64,000 bases of DNA from a virus, in IMG/VR virus record IMGVR_UViG_3300045988_089273. One strand, 5' to 3'. The translations under genes and the position numbers were made by a program. Shown here one piece after another: positions 31,985 to 39,432 of the stretch. Within the stretch, counting starts at the first letter, position 1. Each line of letters begins with the position of its first letter. Below the pieces are notes generated by a model. That model worked only from the letters and a program-made list of their open reading frames with translations. It searched no databases and was not told the origin of the DNA.

Positions 31985-32156
31985 GTGGTATATCACCTTC
32001 TTTCAAAATCTTTGTCAGCATCAAGCCGAGTGTTACAACTGTTTCTCTGAGATTCTTGTTTTCGGCTTTAAGTTTCTGTCTTTCTTTCTCAAGGTCGGAA
32101 ATAATCTCACTTGCAAGTGTCGGTGTTTCTGTGTTCTGGATGTGTGTTTTTGACAT
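31968..32156 (-). CDS. small coiled-coil protein (62 aa)
   Basis: ORF-track frame with a TAGGAGGG RBS. Confidence 0.55.
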   Translation of the reverse strand: MSKTHIQNTETPTLASEIISDLEKERQKLKAENKNLRETVVTLGLMLTKILKEGDIPHEDAR

Positions 32157-32288
32157 AAAAAATGCCCTCCTAAATTATTTATTGATAAATACAGGAAGGT
32201 GTGTTATACTTGCCCTGTATTTAACTTAGCCAAATTAAGTTAGATACGCGGCTCCGTGCGGTATTTCCGGTACCCATGGAGCCAACTT

Positions 32289-32435
32289 TTAATCTGAGTC
32301 GAGACCTAACATGGCGATACATATTTTCTTGTCGATGATTATGCTCTCGCCAGAGTTGAGGTATGCTTTGAACGCCTTTAGTCTGCCAACTAATTCGGCG
32401 TATTCCTCGGCTACGGTCTCTGCTCTGAAATCCAT
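32289..32435 (-). CDS. small hypothetical protein (48 aa)
   Basis: Below the ORF-track cutoff. ATG 32435 lies 1 nt after the upstream TAA, with GGAGAAAG upstream. Translation MDFRAETVAEEYAELVGRLKAFKAYLNSGESIIIDKKICIAMLGLDSD. Confidence 0.4.
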   Translation of the reverse strand: MDFRAETVAEEYAELVGRLKAFKAYLNSGESIIIDKKICIAMLGLDSD

Positions 32436-32436
32436 C

Positions 32437-32733
32437 TTATTTTCTTTCTCCATCGCAATCTCCCTCACAATACGGACATGTGTTGTCCATCAAAATTTTA
32501 TTCAAATGGTCAGTTACTTTCTTTACATTCTCTTCCTGCTGATAACCGCCCTCTGCAATGCTGTACATATCAAACTCTCTTAATGATTCTTTCTTATATA
32601 TGTTGATGTGCAAGCTGCATCCGATCTTGTAGTTTGCGAAATGAAACGCTACCGTTCTGCCGGTTTCTTTCTGAACTCTCCTGCACAACTGGTACAGTTC
32701 ATCTACGGTCTTATCAAAATCATTTATCTTCAT
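32437..32733 (-). CDS. hypothetical protein (98 aa)
   Basis: Start at ATG 32733 (MKINDFDK...) with GGAGGG 7 nt upstream. C-terminal CPYCEGDCDG. Confidence 0.6.
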   Translation of the reverse strand: MKINDFDKTVDELYQLCRRVQKETGRTVAFHFANYKIGCSLHINIYKKESLREFDMYSIAEGGYQQEENVKKVTDHLNKILMDNTCPYCEGDCDGERK

Positions 32734-32992
32734 CGAAAATCCCTCCAAGCAAATCATCAAATAATGTTTTTACAACTTCTTTGATTTTTTCTTTTTGAAT
32801 AGTTTTAAATTCTTCTTCGTTCATCAGTCCGATTTTGACCGCTTCTTCAATCTCCTGCTTCACAGATTCCTCTGTTTCTTTGTCATCTTCCATAATGGTT
32901 TCTTTGATTCCACGAACGATAACAGCTAAGTCAGCTATTAATTCTGCTTTACTGCCTTTAAGTGTGATTTCTCCCATTTTTGTCTCAATCAT
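32720..32992 (-). CDS. acidic hypothetical protein (90 aa)
   Basis: ORF-track frame. Confidence 0.55.
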   Translation of the reverse strand: MIETKMGEITLKGSKAELIADLAVIVRGIKETIMEDDKETEESVKQEIEEAVKIGLMNEEEFKTIQKEKIKEVVKTLFDDLLGGIFDEDK

Positions 32993-33290
32993 CTCTCTTT
33001 TCCGTTACTGAAAACTTATAAAAAGTTATAAACTTCTATGTTTCATTCCTACTTCAACGAGTATGCTTTTGATGATATAAATATCAATCTACTCACAAGT
33101 TCTTGTACTCTCCATAGGCGTAAATTCCGGACTAACGTATCCGTACATATTTGCATTAACGTTTCAGTGTCAGCTTGCAAATTTTTCTCCATAAGTCTTG
33201 AGATTTATAGATTCCTGGAAATATATTCCACTCTAATATCTTATAAAACTCAACGTACGCTTATATGATTTTATAATTTATATTTAACTG

Positions 33291-33458
33291 TTAATTTCCT
33301 CCGATTCTTTTAATTTCATCCGGGTAAATAACCACGAATGATAATGCGAATATTACGATTGCTACTGCAACCGGCTGTGATGCACTGTCAAATCTCCAGA
33401 ACGGCAGGTACGGTGACATACCGCCGATCAGAGCTGACAGGATTAATGCTTTTGCCAT
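33291..33458 (-). CDS. small hydrophobic protein (55 aa)
   Basis: Below the ORF-track cutoff, with a GGAGGG RBS. Translation MAKALILSALIGGMSPYLPFWRFDSASQPVAVAIVIFALSFVVIYPDEIKRIGGN. Confidence 0.4.
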   Translation of the reverse strand: MAKALILSALIGGMSPYLPFWRFDSASQPVAVAIVIFALSFVVIYPDEIKRIGGN

Positions 33459-33737
33459 TTTTATGTCCCTCCGATATGATATTGAGTTTTATTCTGTATC
33501 TCCTTATAATGTTCTTACAGGCGCCGCCACGCCGAGTAAAATGAAAGGAGATAAAATTTTGCAATTATTACCGCATATTGATGGTTTTCATCAATCCGGT
33601 AAAACCATCCCTAAACATTTTTTTAAACAAGGCTATCGAAAATATGGATTCCGATAACAATTCCAACGCAAATGCTCACTATGTCAATTATCGAATATCT
33701 TTTCTTGAAAAATAATTCATATATGAAGTTTTTAATT

Positions 33738-33767
33738 TTGATTCCCTCCATTTTTATGTGGTATACT
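33738..33767 (+). promoter_or_regulatory. promoter for the plus-strand moron (TTGATT, 18 nt, TGgTATACT)
   Basis: -35 at 33738..33743 and an extended -10 at 33759..33767. Confidence 0.45.
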
Positions 33768-33792
33768 CTCCTTGTGAAAGGAGGTGTGTTTT

Positions 33793-33981
33793 ATGGATAA
33801 GTTACAAATTGCGCACGACTTAGCTGTCGCAAAAGCTGTTAAAGATGGTTCTGACGCTAAAGAAATTGTCGAATTGTACCGCAAATACAACGAAGAATTT
33901 CTGAACATTTTAGCCCCAAATCGATCTCAGTCAGGTAAAGCGGTTCCTACTCAAAATCCATTTTGGGCTCCCCACTACTAA
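33793..33981 (+). CDS. small plus-strand protein (62 aa)
   Basis: Start at ATG 33793 (MDKLQIAHDL...) with an AAAGGAGGTG RBS. Convergent with 33978..34268 and overlapping it by 4 nt. Confidence 0.6.
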   Translation: MDKLQIAHDLAVAKAVKDGSDAKEIVELYRKYNEEFLNILAPNRSQSGKAVPTQNPFWAPHY

Positions 33982-34268
33982 AACAGCCCTGTCTTATACG
34001 CATTAACTAAGGCATTGAGGGTGGAGATAATGTCCTTTTCTTCTCTGCCCTCTTCATAGGAACCTTTCTCATTTAAAGCATTCACTACTCTTCCAGAAAG
34101 CCCAAACGCAAGATACGAAATTATATCTCTCAGATATATTTCTTCCCCATTTTCTTTTTCTAAAAAATATCTGTGACTCCCGTATCCAGTGTCCCATTTC
34201 ATCAAAGTTCCATTTTTTAAATTGCTGATAATTTTCTCCGGCTTTTTTTCTTTCTTATCTTCTGCCAT
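33978..34268 (-). CDS. hypothetical protein (96 aa)
   Basis: ORF-track frame with a GAGAGGA RBS. Confidence 0.6.
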   Translation of the reverse strand: MAEDKKEKKPEKIISNLKNGTLMKWDTGYGSHRYFLEKENGEEIYLRDIISYLAFGLSGRVVNALNEKGSYEEGREEKDIISTLNALVNAYKTGLF

Positions 34269-34274
34269 ATCCTC

Positions 34275-34394
34275 TCATCTCCTCTCATACTTATTCCTGT
34301 GAACCCTTTTCACTTTTACCTTTTTCTTCCGCTTCTGCGTTTTGAATGAGGCTTTCTTCCCGGTGAAGTGCTTGAAGTCATTTGGCTGACTCAT
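34275..34394 (-). CDS. possible highly basic 39-aa peptide
   Basis: ATGA overlap with the upstream small ORF. Translation MSQPNDFKHFTGKKASFKTQKRKKKVKVKRVHRNKYERR. Confidence 0.3.
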   Translation of the reverse strand: MSQPNDFKHFTGKKASFKTQKRKKKVKVKRVHRNKYERR

Positions 34395-34537
34395 GCACGT
34401 GTTACCTCTTTTATAAATTCGTACAACGCCTTATGAATTGGAGATTCGTCTGGAATCTTACGAATTACTTCGATAATCTTATTTTTCTTCTCCTCTAATG
34501 TCATATTCTCAAATTCATCAAGTTCTTTTTTATTCAT
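34391..34537 (-). CDS. small hypothetical protein (48 aa)
   Basis: ATGA overlap with the antirepressor stop. Translation MNKKELDEFENMTLEEKKNKIIEVIRKIPDESPIHKALYEFIKEVTRA. Confidence 0.4.
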   Translation of the reverse strand: MNKKELDEFENMTLEEKKNKIIEVIRKIPDESPIHKALYEFIKEVTRA

Positions 34538-35211
34538 CCTGCAACCTCCTGTCCCAGAAACTTATTCACGAAATACAGCTGTCCTTTCCCACTAACTTTT
34601 GTCGTGCGTGTGATTCTGACCGAACCATCTGGATTCTGGACATTGGATTCTTTGATTTCGAATAATCCCTGCTCAACGTATTTCTGCTTCGGCATATTTC
34701 GCGAACTTCCAGAAACCATCAGGTAGCCATTGTCTCTCATCCACTGGAATAACCGCTTCTGCCCTATCTGGTATCCGTTCTGGCAGATAAGTTTCGCCAA
34801 GTCTCCGATAAGAATTGATGTGTGACTTGCAGATACCGCATCTGCAAAGATTGTCTTCGGTCTGTCAGCTTCGATTTTCTCCACAAGAGACTTATTTGTA
34901 TCTTTCAACTTCGCAATGGTCTGGTCTGCCATCTTCAATGCTCTGGCAAAAACCTGTTCTGGTGTGTTCCATGCTTTTTCGAGGTCGATGAGATAATCCC
35001 TGATTTGCTTTCCTTTTTCAGTTCTGGACATCATTGCTAAGTGTTTTGCCATGAGCACTGTAATTTTATAATCTTCAAGTTCCCTAACAGCCCCGTTATT
35101 AACAACCGTACTTGATGTACACTTGTTGTAATCCTCGCCTTCAACAAACAATTCCTTATTTGAATCGAACCATCTGCTAAATCTCGATTGCACATCTAAG
35201 GCTTTATGCAA
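34534..35211 (-). CDS. phage antirepressor (AntA-like N-terminus, KilAC C-terminus)
   Basis: ARDLHKALDVQSRFSRWF...FVEGEDY (AntA/AntB-like) and ILIGDLAKLICQNGYQIGQKRLFQWMRDNGYL (KilAC). The ORF-track start at 35211 is a TTG. The conserved domain continues 13 codons further upstream without a canonical start. Confidence 0.75.
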   Translation of the reverse strand: MHKALDVQSRFSRWFDSNKELFVEGEDYNKCTSSTVVNNGAVRELEDYKITVLMAKHLAMMSRTEKGKQIRDYLIDLEKAWNTPEQVFARALKMADQTIAKLKDTNKSLVEKIEADRPKTIFADAVSASHTSILIGDLAKLICQNGYQIGQKRLFQWMRDNGYLMVSGSSRNMPKQKYVEQGLFEIKESNVQNPDGSVRITRTTKVSGKGQLYFVNKFLGQEVAG

Positions 35212-35305
35212 ATCTCTTGCGGAAATAGTCGGTTCTTCATCGTCATAATTAATTGGTATTAATTAGTTCATGCTTCTCCTTTCCTGGTCATTGTTTAAAG
35301 TTTTT

Positions 35306-35494
35306 TCAGCTTTCAAGGAAGTATTCAACAGAAACATTGAAGTACTTTGCCAGAAGCATAAGCTTGTCAACTTTAGGTTTGCTTTTTCCAGCTTTCCAAT
35401 CAGAAAATACAGTTGGTGCAATCCCAGTGTCTTTTGCGACTCTGTAGGTAGTAATTCCCTTTTTTGCAATAAGCTGTTCAAATTTTTCGTACAA
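35306..35494 (-). CDS. Cro-like XRE HTH protein (62 aa)
   Basis: ITTYRVAKDTGIAPTVFSDWKAGKSKPKVDKLMLLAKYFNVSVEYFL. Start at TTG 35494 with AAGGAGG 7 nt upstream. Confidence 0.75.
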   Translation of the reverse strand: MYEKFEQLIAKKGITTYRVAKDTGIAPTVFSDWKAGKSKPKVDKLMLLAKYFNVSVEYFLES

Positions 35495-35563
35495 TGAAAA
35501 TCCTCCTTTCCTAAACAAGATAAAATTTCATTTTTGAAATTCATAAATATGTTGCTTTTATTT

Positions 35564-35708
35564 AGGAAATCCGATATAATATCAATAACCACAAAGATAT
35601 TATGAAAAAGCGATAGGGATTTTTTTGCCTTTTTTCGGATTTCCTTAATCACAAATACATTATATTTCGGTTATCATAAATTGTCAATAGGCAAATTTCG
35701 GAATTCCT
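35564..35708. promoter_or_regulatory. three operator-like sites (consensus TTAGGAAWTCCGAAA) in the divergent switch region
   Basis: AGGAAATCCGA at 35564..35574, its exact complement at 35635..35645, and a 10/11 copy at 35698..35708. They lie between the Cro-like and CI-like genes. Confidence 0.55.
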
Positions 35709-35730
35709 AACTTTTTCAGAAAGGAATATT

Positions 35731-36078
35731 ATGTATGAGATTTTTGCAAATTTATTAGATGAAAATAATAAGAAAGCAATAGATGTATCTAAAGCAACTG
35801 GTATACCAGCGTCTACTTTTTCTGATTGGAAAAAAGGAAGAAGCGTGCCAAAACAAGATAAACTCCAAAAAATCGCAGATTTCTTCCACGTATCTGTAGA
35901 TTATCTGATGACGGGGAAAGAGCCGGAGGAAGATATTTATACCGATAACAGGCTGAGAAAACTAAACAAAGAATTACGAAATAATACCGAGTTCTATAAT
36001 ATGGTTCTGAAATATCTTGATTTATCTGAAAAGAAAAAGAAACATGTTTCTGAACTTATAGATTTATTAAGTGAATAA
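35731..36078 (+). CDS. CI-like XRE HTH repressor (115 aa)
   Basis: AIDVSKATGIPASTFSDWKKGRSVPKQDKLQKIADFFHVSVDYLMTG plus a C-terminal helical extension. Divergent from the Cro-like gene. Confidence 0.8.
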   Translation: MYEIFANLLDENNKKAIDVSKATGIPASTFSDWKKGRSVPKQDKLQKIADFFHVSVDYLMTGKEPEEDIYTDNRLRKLNKELRNNTEFYNMVLKYLDLSEKKKKHVSELIDLLSE

Positions 36079-36089
36079 AGGAGAAAAGT

Positions 36090-36302
36090 ATGTTGACAAA
36101 AGAAATTATATTAGAAGCTATATTGAAGTGCGCCGATTCTACCTATACAGCAGATTTGGCAGAAGTGTCTAAAGAATTGGACGTAGATAACAGTTTATCG
36201 TTAAAACCGATTTATGACGTAATGATGGATATTGGCTATATCACAATGTCTTTAGGCTCTGTCACTATTACTACAAAGGGATTAAAGGAAATTCAAAAAT
36301 AA
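36090..36302 (+). CDS. hypothetical protein (70 aa)
   Basis: ORF-track frame with an AAAGGAGAA RBS. Co-oriented with the repressor. Confidence 0.6.
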   Translation: MLTKEIILEAILKCADSTYTADLAEVSKELDVDNSLSLKPIYDVMMDIGYITMSLGSVTITTKGLKEIQK

Positions 36303-36315
36303 AAAAGAGGAGCGA

Positions 36316-36579
36316 TTACTCCTCTTTCATTTCTCCATACATCCTGTTGTACCACTCCTGTGATCTCTCGTCGATATTTTCAATGCCATTATCGCACGTC
36401 AATTCTTTCGGCAAAATCCCCAAATGTTTAAGAACTAACAGTATTGTGAAAACAGGAATATTTTTATGTTCTGCCATGCTCCCCAAACTAACCATGCATA
36501 AATTGTGATACTGCTCATCCGTTAATTTGATTCCTAATTTTTCTAACGCTTCTTTGCTAGTGTCCAGACGTCTGCTCAT
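36316..36579 (-). CDS. hypothetical protein (87 aa)
   Basis: ORF-track frame with an AAGGAGG RBS. Confidence 0.6.
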   Translation of the reverse strand: MSRRLDTSKEALEKLGIKLTDEQYHNLCMVSLGSMAEHKNIPVFTILLVLKHLGILPKELTCDNGIENIDERSQEWYNRMYGEMKEE

Positions 36580-36793
36580 GATTAAATACCTCCTTATCCT
36601 CTTCTGCTATATCTTCAACGAATCCCATGATGCAGTATAAAATCTTTGCGCTCTTTATTTCCCTAATCATATCATATATGTTACTGCGATATTTTTCAAT
36701 ATCCTCTTTCCTATAGTCCATACAATCATACCTCCGATCAGCAGTCTCTTGATAACAGTATATGCCCGGCTTGTGGGAAATAGAACCGAACAT
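36557..36793 (-). CDS. hypothetical protein (78 aa)
   Basis: Start at ATG 36793 (MFGSISHK...), which forms a TGATG stop/start overlap with the upstream ORF. Confidence 0.45.
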   Translation of the reverse strand: MFGSISHKPGIYCYQETADRRYDCMDYRKEDIEKYRSNIYDMIREIKSAKILYCIMGFVEDIAEEDKEVFNHEQTSGH

Positions 36794-37116
36794 CAGTTCG
36801 TTTCCGTCATTATACCACCGATATTTCCCCTTGGCAACTGCCAAATATACACATGGACTTTTGTTATTTCGCAAGCAAACTTCGCAATTTCAAAGAAAAT
36901 TGTGCTTTCGTGAATATAACATCTGACATTGCAAATTTCCTTGATCTCGCTCAACTCCTGCATCTGGGCGGAATAAATTTGTTCCGCAGCTTCCTTTGCG
37001 ATCTGCGCATCTCTGTTGTGGTGTTCTGCTATATCATGCGACGGTATATGCACCACACAGAATATTTCGTAAAATATCAGGATGAATACGACTATCCTGT
37101 ATCTGTTCTTCTCCAT
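36793..37116 (-). CDS. hypothetical protein with N-terminal hydrophobic segment (107 aa)
   Basis: Start at ATG 37116 (MEKNRYRIVVFILIFYEIF...). Weak RBS. Confidence 0.4.
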   Translation of the reverse strand: MEKNRYRIVVFILIFYEIFCVVHIPSHDIAEHHNRDAQIAKEAAEQIYSAQMQELSEIKEICNVRCYIHESTIFFEIAKFACEITKVHVYIWQLPRGNIGGIMTETN

Positions 37117-37256
37117 TACTACCAACTCTTTCTAAAAATATATCACGCATTATAGCACAAACTTTTGTGATTTTTCCGGGAAGTGTAAAATCATGGAGTT
37201 TTTCTGCAAAAACAATCTACTTTTTTGATATTTTACTATACACAGTTTGTATGAAG

Positions 37257-37265
37257 TGGTATAAT
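37257..37265 (+). promoter_or_regulatory. extended -10 element TGgTATAAT for the plus-strand cargo operon
   Basis: Read directly from the sequence, 31 nt before the 37297 start. The -35 (TATACA) is weak. Confidence 0.45.
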
Positions 37266-37296
37266 ATTGTAAAATTTTAACAAGGGAGGGGATTGT

Positions 37297-37545
37297 ATGA
37301 GCAAAGGCGAAAAGAAGAAAGATTCAACCCTGAGTGTCATCTCCTGTATTCTGGCAGGTGTGGCATTCATTCTTCCGTTGCCAATTATCCTGTCGTTTCC
37401 TCTGGCTCTGGCAGGAGCAATTGTAGGATTGGTAGATATTGGCACAAAGAAAGAGGAATATAGACATATTGGCTCATGGTTCGGAATTATTGTCGGAATC
37501 ATTGAAGTAGTTTTTATTGCAGTGCAGTATATGAGATTTCTTTAG
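37297..37545 (+). CDS. small membrane protein (82 aa, two TM segments)
   Basis: VISCILAGVAFILPLPIILSFPLALAGAIVGLV and GSWFGIIVGIIEVVFIAV. RBS AGGGAGGGG. Confidence 0.65.
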   Translation: MSKGEKKKDSTLSVISCILAGVAFILPLPIILSFPLALAGAIVGLVDIGTKKEEYRHIGSWFGIIVGIIEVVFIAVQYMRFL

Positions 37546-37561
37546 CAGAAAAGAGGGTTTT

Positions 37562-38362
37562 ATGAAAAAGAGAGTTTGCGGAATTATAACGATGTGCGCT
37601 TTTTTATGCATTTCGCCTGTCAATGCCAGTGCTACTTCCTTTGACAACATTAATGAAATGCTTAATAAGATCAATGGTGAAGATGGGTTTGTCGAAGCAT
37701 CTGAATGTGTGATTGACAAAAACACTAAATCCTTGCATCTAAGCGTCGTTATAAGTGAGAACGTGCCAGATGATGAAGTTGGCACATTTGCTTCAAAGGT
37801 TTCCGGTGTATTGTCAGAAGCATCTCAGCAGGATTGGTATGATTATGATTATGTTACTGATGATTTCTATAAGAGTGGTTATGATGGAGTAGTTCTAACA
37901 AACGTTTGGAATTTCAAAAATGATACTCTGGCTTGCTCAATTTGGGATGATTCGCTATCAATCACGCGTCTTTCAGACGGAACTAAATTAAAAGAAGCTG
38001 TTTTAAAAGACGTGGAAAGCGAAAATTCTAATTCTCAGGAAAATGATTCTCTTGATGATACCGGCAGGCTAAATCCAGGTGTTTATATTATTGGCGAAGA
38101 TATTCCTGCCGGAAAGTACACCTTTTCAATAACCGACGGAGCAGGAATTATCAGCGTATATGACAGCTACGATGATTATAAGAATGATGATTACGAACAT
38201 TCAGAAGAATACCATGTTGCTTCAAAAAAATATAAAGAAAGTCTTGGTTCTGACTTAGAAAGCATTAATTCTTTGTATTCCAGTGAAATTGGAAATCTGC
38301 CGTTAGAGAATGGAATGTGCGTAAAAATAGATACTGTTTCAGTTTTGTATTTAGCGAAATAA
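37562..38362 (+). CDS. secreted protein with signal peptide (266 aa)
   Basis: MKKRVCGIITMCAFLCISPVNASA signal-like N-terminus. The remainder is acidic. No family recognised. Confidence 0.65.
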   Translation: MKKRVCGIITMCAFLCISPVNASATSFDNINEMLNKINGEDGFVEASECVIDKNTKSLHLSVVISENVPDDEVGTFASKVSGVLSEASQQDWYDYDYVTDDFYKSGYDGVVLTNVWNFKNDTLACSIWDDSLSITRLSDGTKLKEAVLKDVESENSNSQENDSLDDTGRLNPGVYIIGEDIPAGKYTFSITDGAGIISVYDSYDDYKNDDYEHSEEYHVASKKYKESLGSDLESINSLYSSEIGNLPLENGMCVKIDTVSVLYLAK

Positions 38363-38365
38363 ACA

Positions 38366-38392
38366 AGAGGGGCAACCGCCCCTCTTTCTCTT
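38366..38392 (+). terminator. rho-independent terminator
   Basis: AGAGGGGC pairs with GCCCCTCT around loop AACC, followed by a T-rich tail. Confidence 0.55.
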
Positions 38393-38614
38393 TGCCTGTC
38401 GTTCTCGCAGGCAGTCTCTCTATCCACACATCCTCCCGGACACAGAAACCATATTTTGCGAATTATGTCAAACTTTAGCGCTTTACACTAACAATTTTAA
38501 GTGCTACACTTTGTTTGTGGGACAATAATACCACGAACAGGAAGAAAAATGTGTGTGCTGTCAAAATCATTGCGTATTTTGACAAAATTGAGACTACGAA
38601 AGGAGGGCGCGCAT

Positions 38615-39316
38615 ATGAGAATAGCCATATGTGACGACAATCAAATTGAAGTTGACTTGTTTAAAGAGCACATATCGGGATTCTTGCGGCGCAAAGGAGA
38701 TTACCGGTATGAAATTAGCGAGTATTCGGCAGGTTATCCACTTGTTGAAGATGTGAAAGAGGGTAAATGGTACGATGTAATTGTACTGGATATGGTTCTG
38801 GAAAAGGAGAACGGTCTGGAGATTGCGAACCAGCTTCGGGATATTGGATATGATGGAAAGATTATATTCTGGACAGCCGACGATTCCCATCTGCAAGAGG
38901 CATTCGATGTCGGGGCTATGCAGTATGTTGTAAAAGGCAAGGAATACGGCAGAATATACCGAGCTATTGATGAGATTCTGTCGCAGATGAAGGATGAAAC
39001 ATTGACGTTCAAATTCCGCGGGCAGATTAACCGGCTCAAATATGATGAAATTGAGTACATTGAAAGCCGGGCAAGGGTTTGCCATATTTTTGCGACAGAT
39101 AACCGATGTTTCGTGACCACTTGCAAGCTGAATGATCTGGAAGAAAAGCTGTCTGATAAGCGATTTTTGCGCTGCCATCAGAGCTATCTGGCGAACATGG
39201 ATCACATTCAGTCGGCGGGTGATAATTTTGTCATGGATTCCGGGGATGTTGTTCAGATAAGAAAAAATGGGGCAAGGGAAATCAAAGAAAAATATGAAAA
39301 TTACATAATGAGATAA
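38615..39316 (+). CDS. LytTR/AgrA-family response regulator (no cognate kinase in the window)
   Basis: Receiver domain MRIAICDDN...VIVLDMVLEKENGLEIA...IIFWTA. C-terminal LytTR domain IEYIESRARVCHIF...FLRCHQSYLANMDHI. Start at ATG 38615 with an AAAGGAGGG RBS. Confidence 0.85.
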   Translation: MRIAICDDNQIEVDLFKEHISGFLRRKGDYRYEISEYSAGYPLVEDVKEGKWYDVIVLDMVLEKENGLEIANQLRDIGYDGKIIFWTADDSHLQEAFDVGAMQYVVKGKEYGRIYRAIDEILSQMKDETLTFKFRGQINRLKYDEIEYIESRARVCHIFATDNRCFVTTCKLNDLEEKLSDKRFLRCHQSYLANMDHIQSAGDNFVMDSGDVVQIRKNGAREIKEKYENYIMR

Positions 39317-39320
39317 ATAA

Positions 39321-39366
39321 AAACCGCCAGCGTCCGGAGGGAATTAACCGGGCTTACTGGCGGTTT
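39321..39366. terminator. bidirectional terminator between the convergent LytTR and endolysin genes
   Basis: AAACCGCCAG (39321..39330) pairs with CTGGCGGTTT (39357..39366) with inner CCGG pairs. A/T runs lie on both sides. Confidence 0.55.
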
Positions 39367-39432
39367 CTGCTCACAAAGGGTGAATGTATGGAACAAAATT
39401 ATTATATCATTTTGCCTGTTATATTACAAGTG

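Noticed and set aside
32178-32206. A plus-strand TTGATA-17-TATACT promoter-like element antisense to the early operon.
   Set aside because: The hexamers fit, but in AT-rich DNA such matches are frequent. No plus-strand gene or terminator follows. More likely it overlaps the TACAGG...CCTGTA inverted repeat that serves the minus-strand 31968..32156 gene.
35263-35652. A 129-aa minus-strand ORF spanning the cro gene and the operator region.
   Set aside because: It is in a different frame overlapping the well-supported Cro-like gene and the switch intergenic region, with an Asn/Lys/Phe/Ile-rich AT-driven translation.
36557-37125. A frameshifted single gene formed by 36793..37125 and 36557..36874.
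   Set aside because: A TGATG stop/start overlap at 36793 gives a simple two-gene reading. I found no slippery sequence or domain continuity to support a fusion.
38594-39205. 203-aa and 130-aa minus-strand ORFs antisense to the LytTR regulator.
   Set aside because: The plus-strand frame has clear receiver and LytTR motifs plus an RBS. The antisense frames have none.
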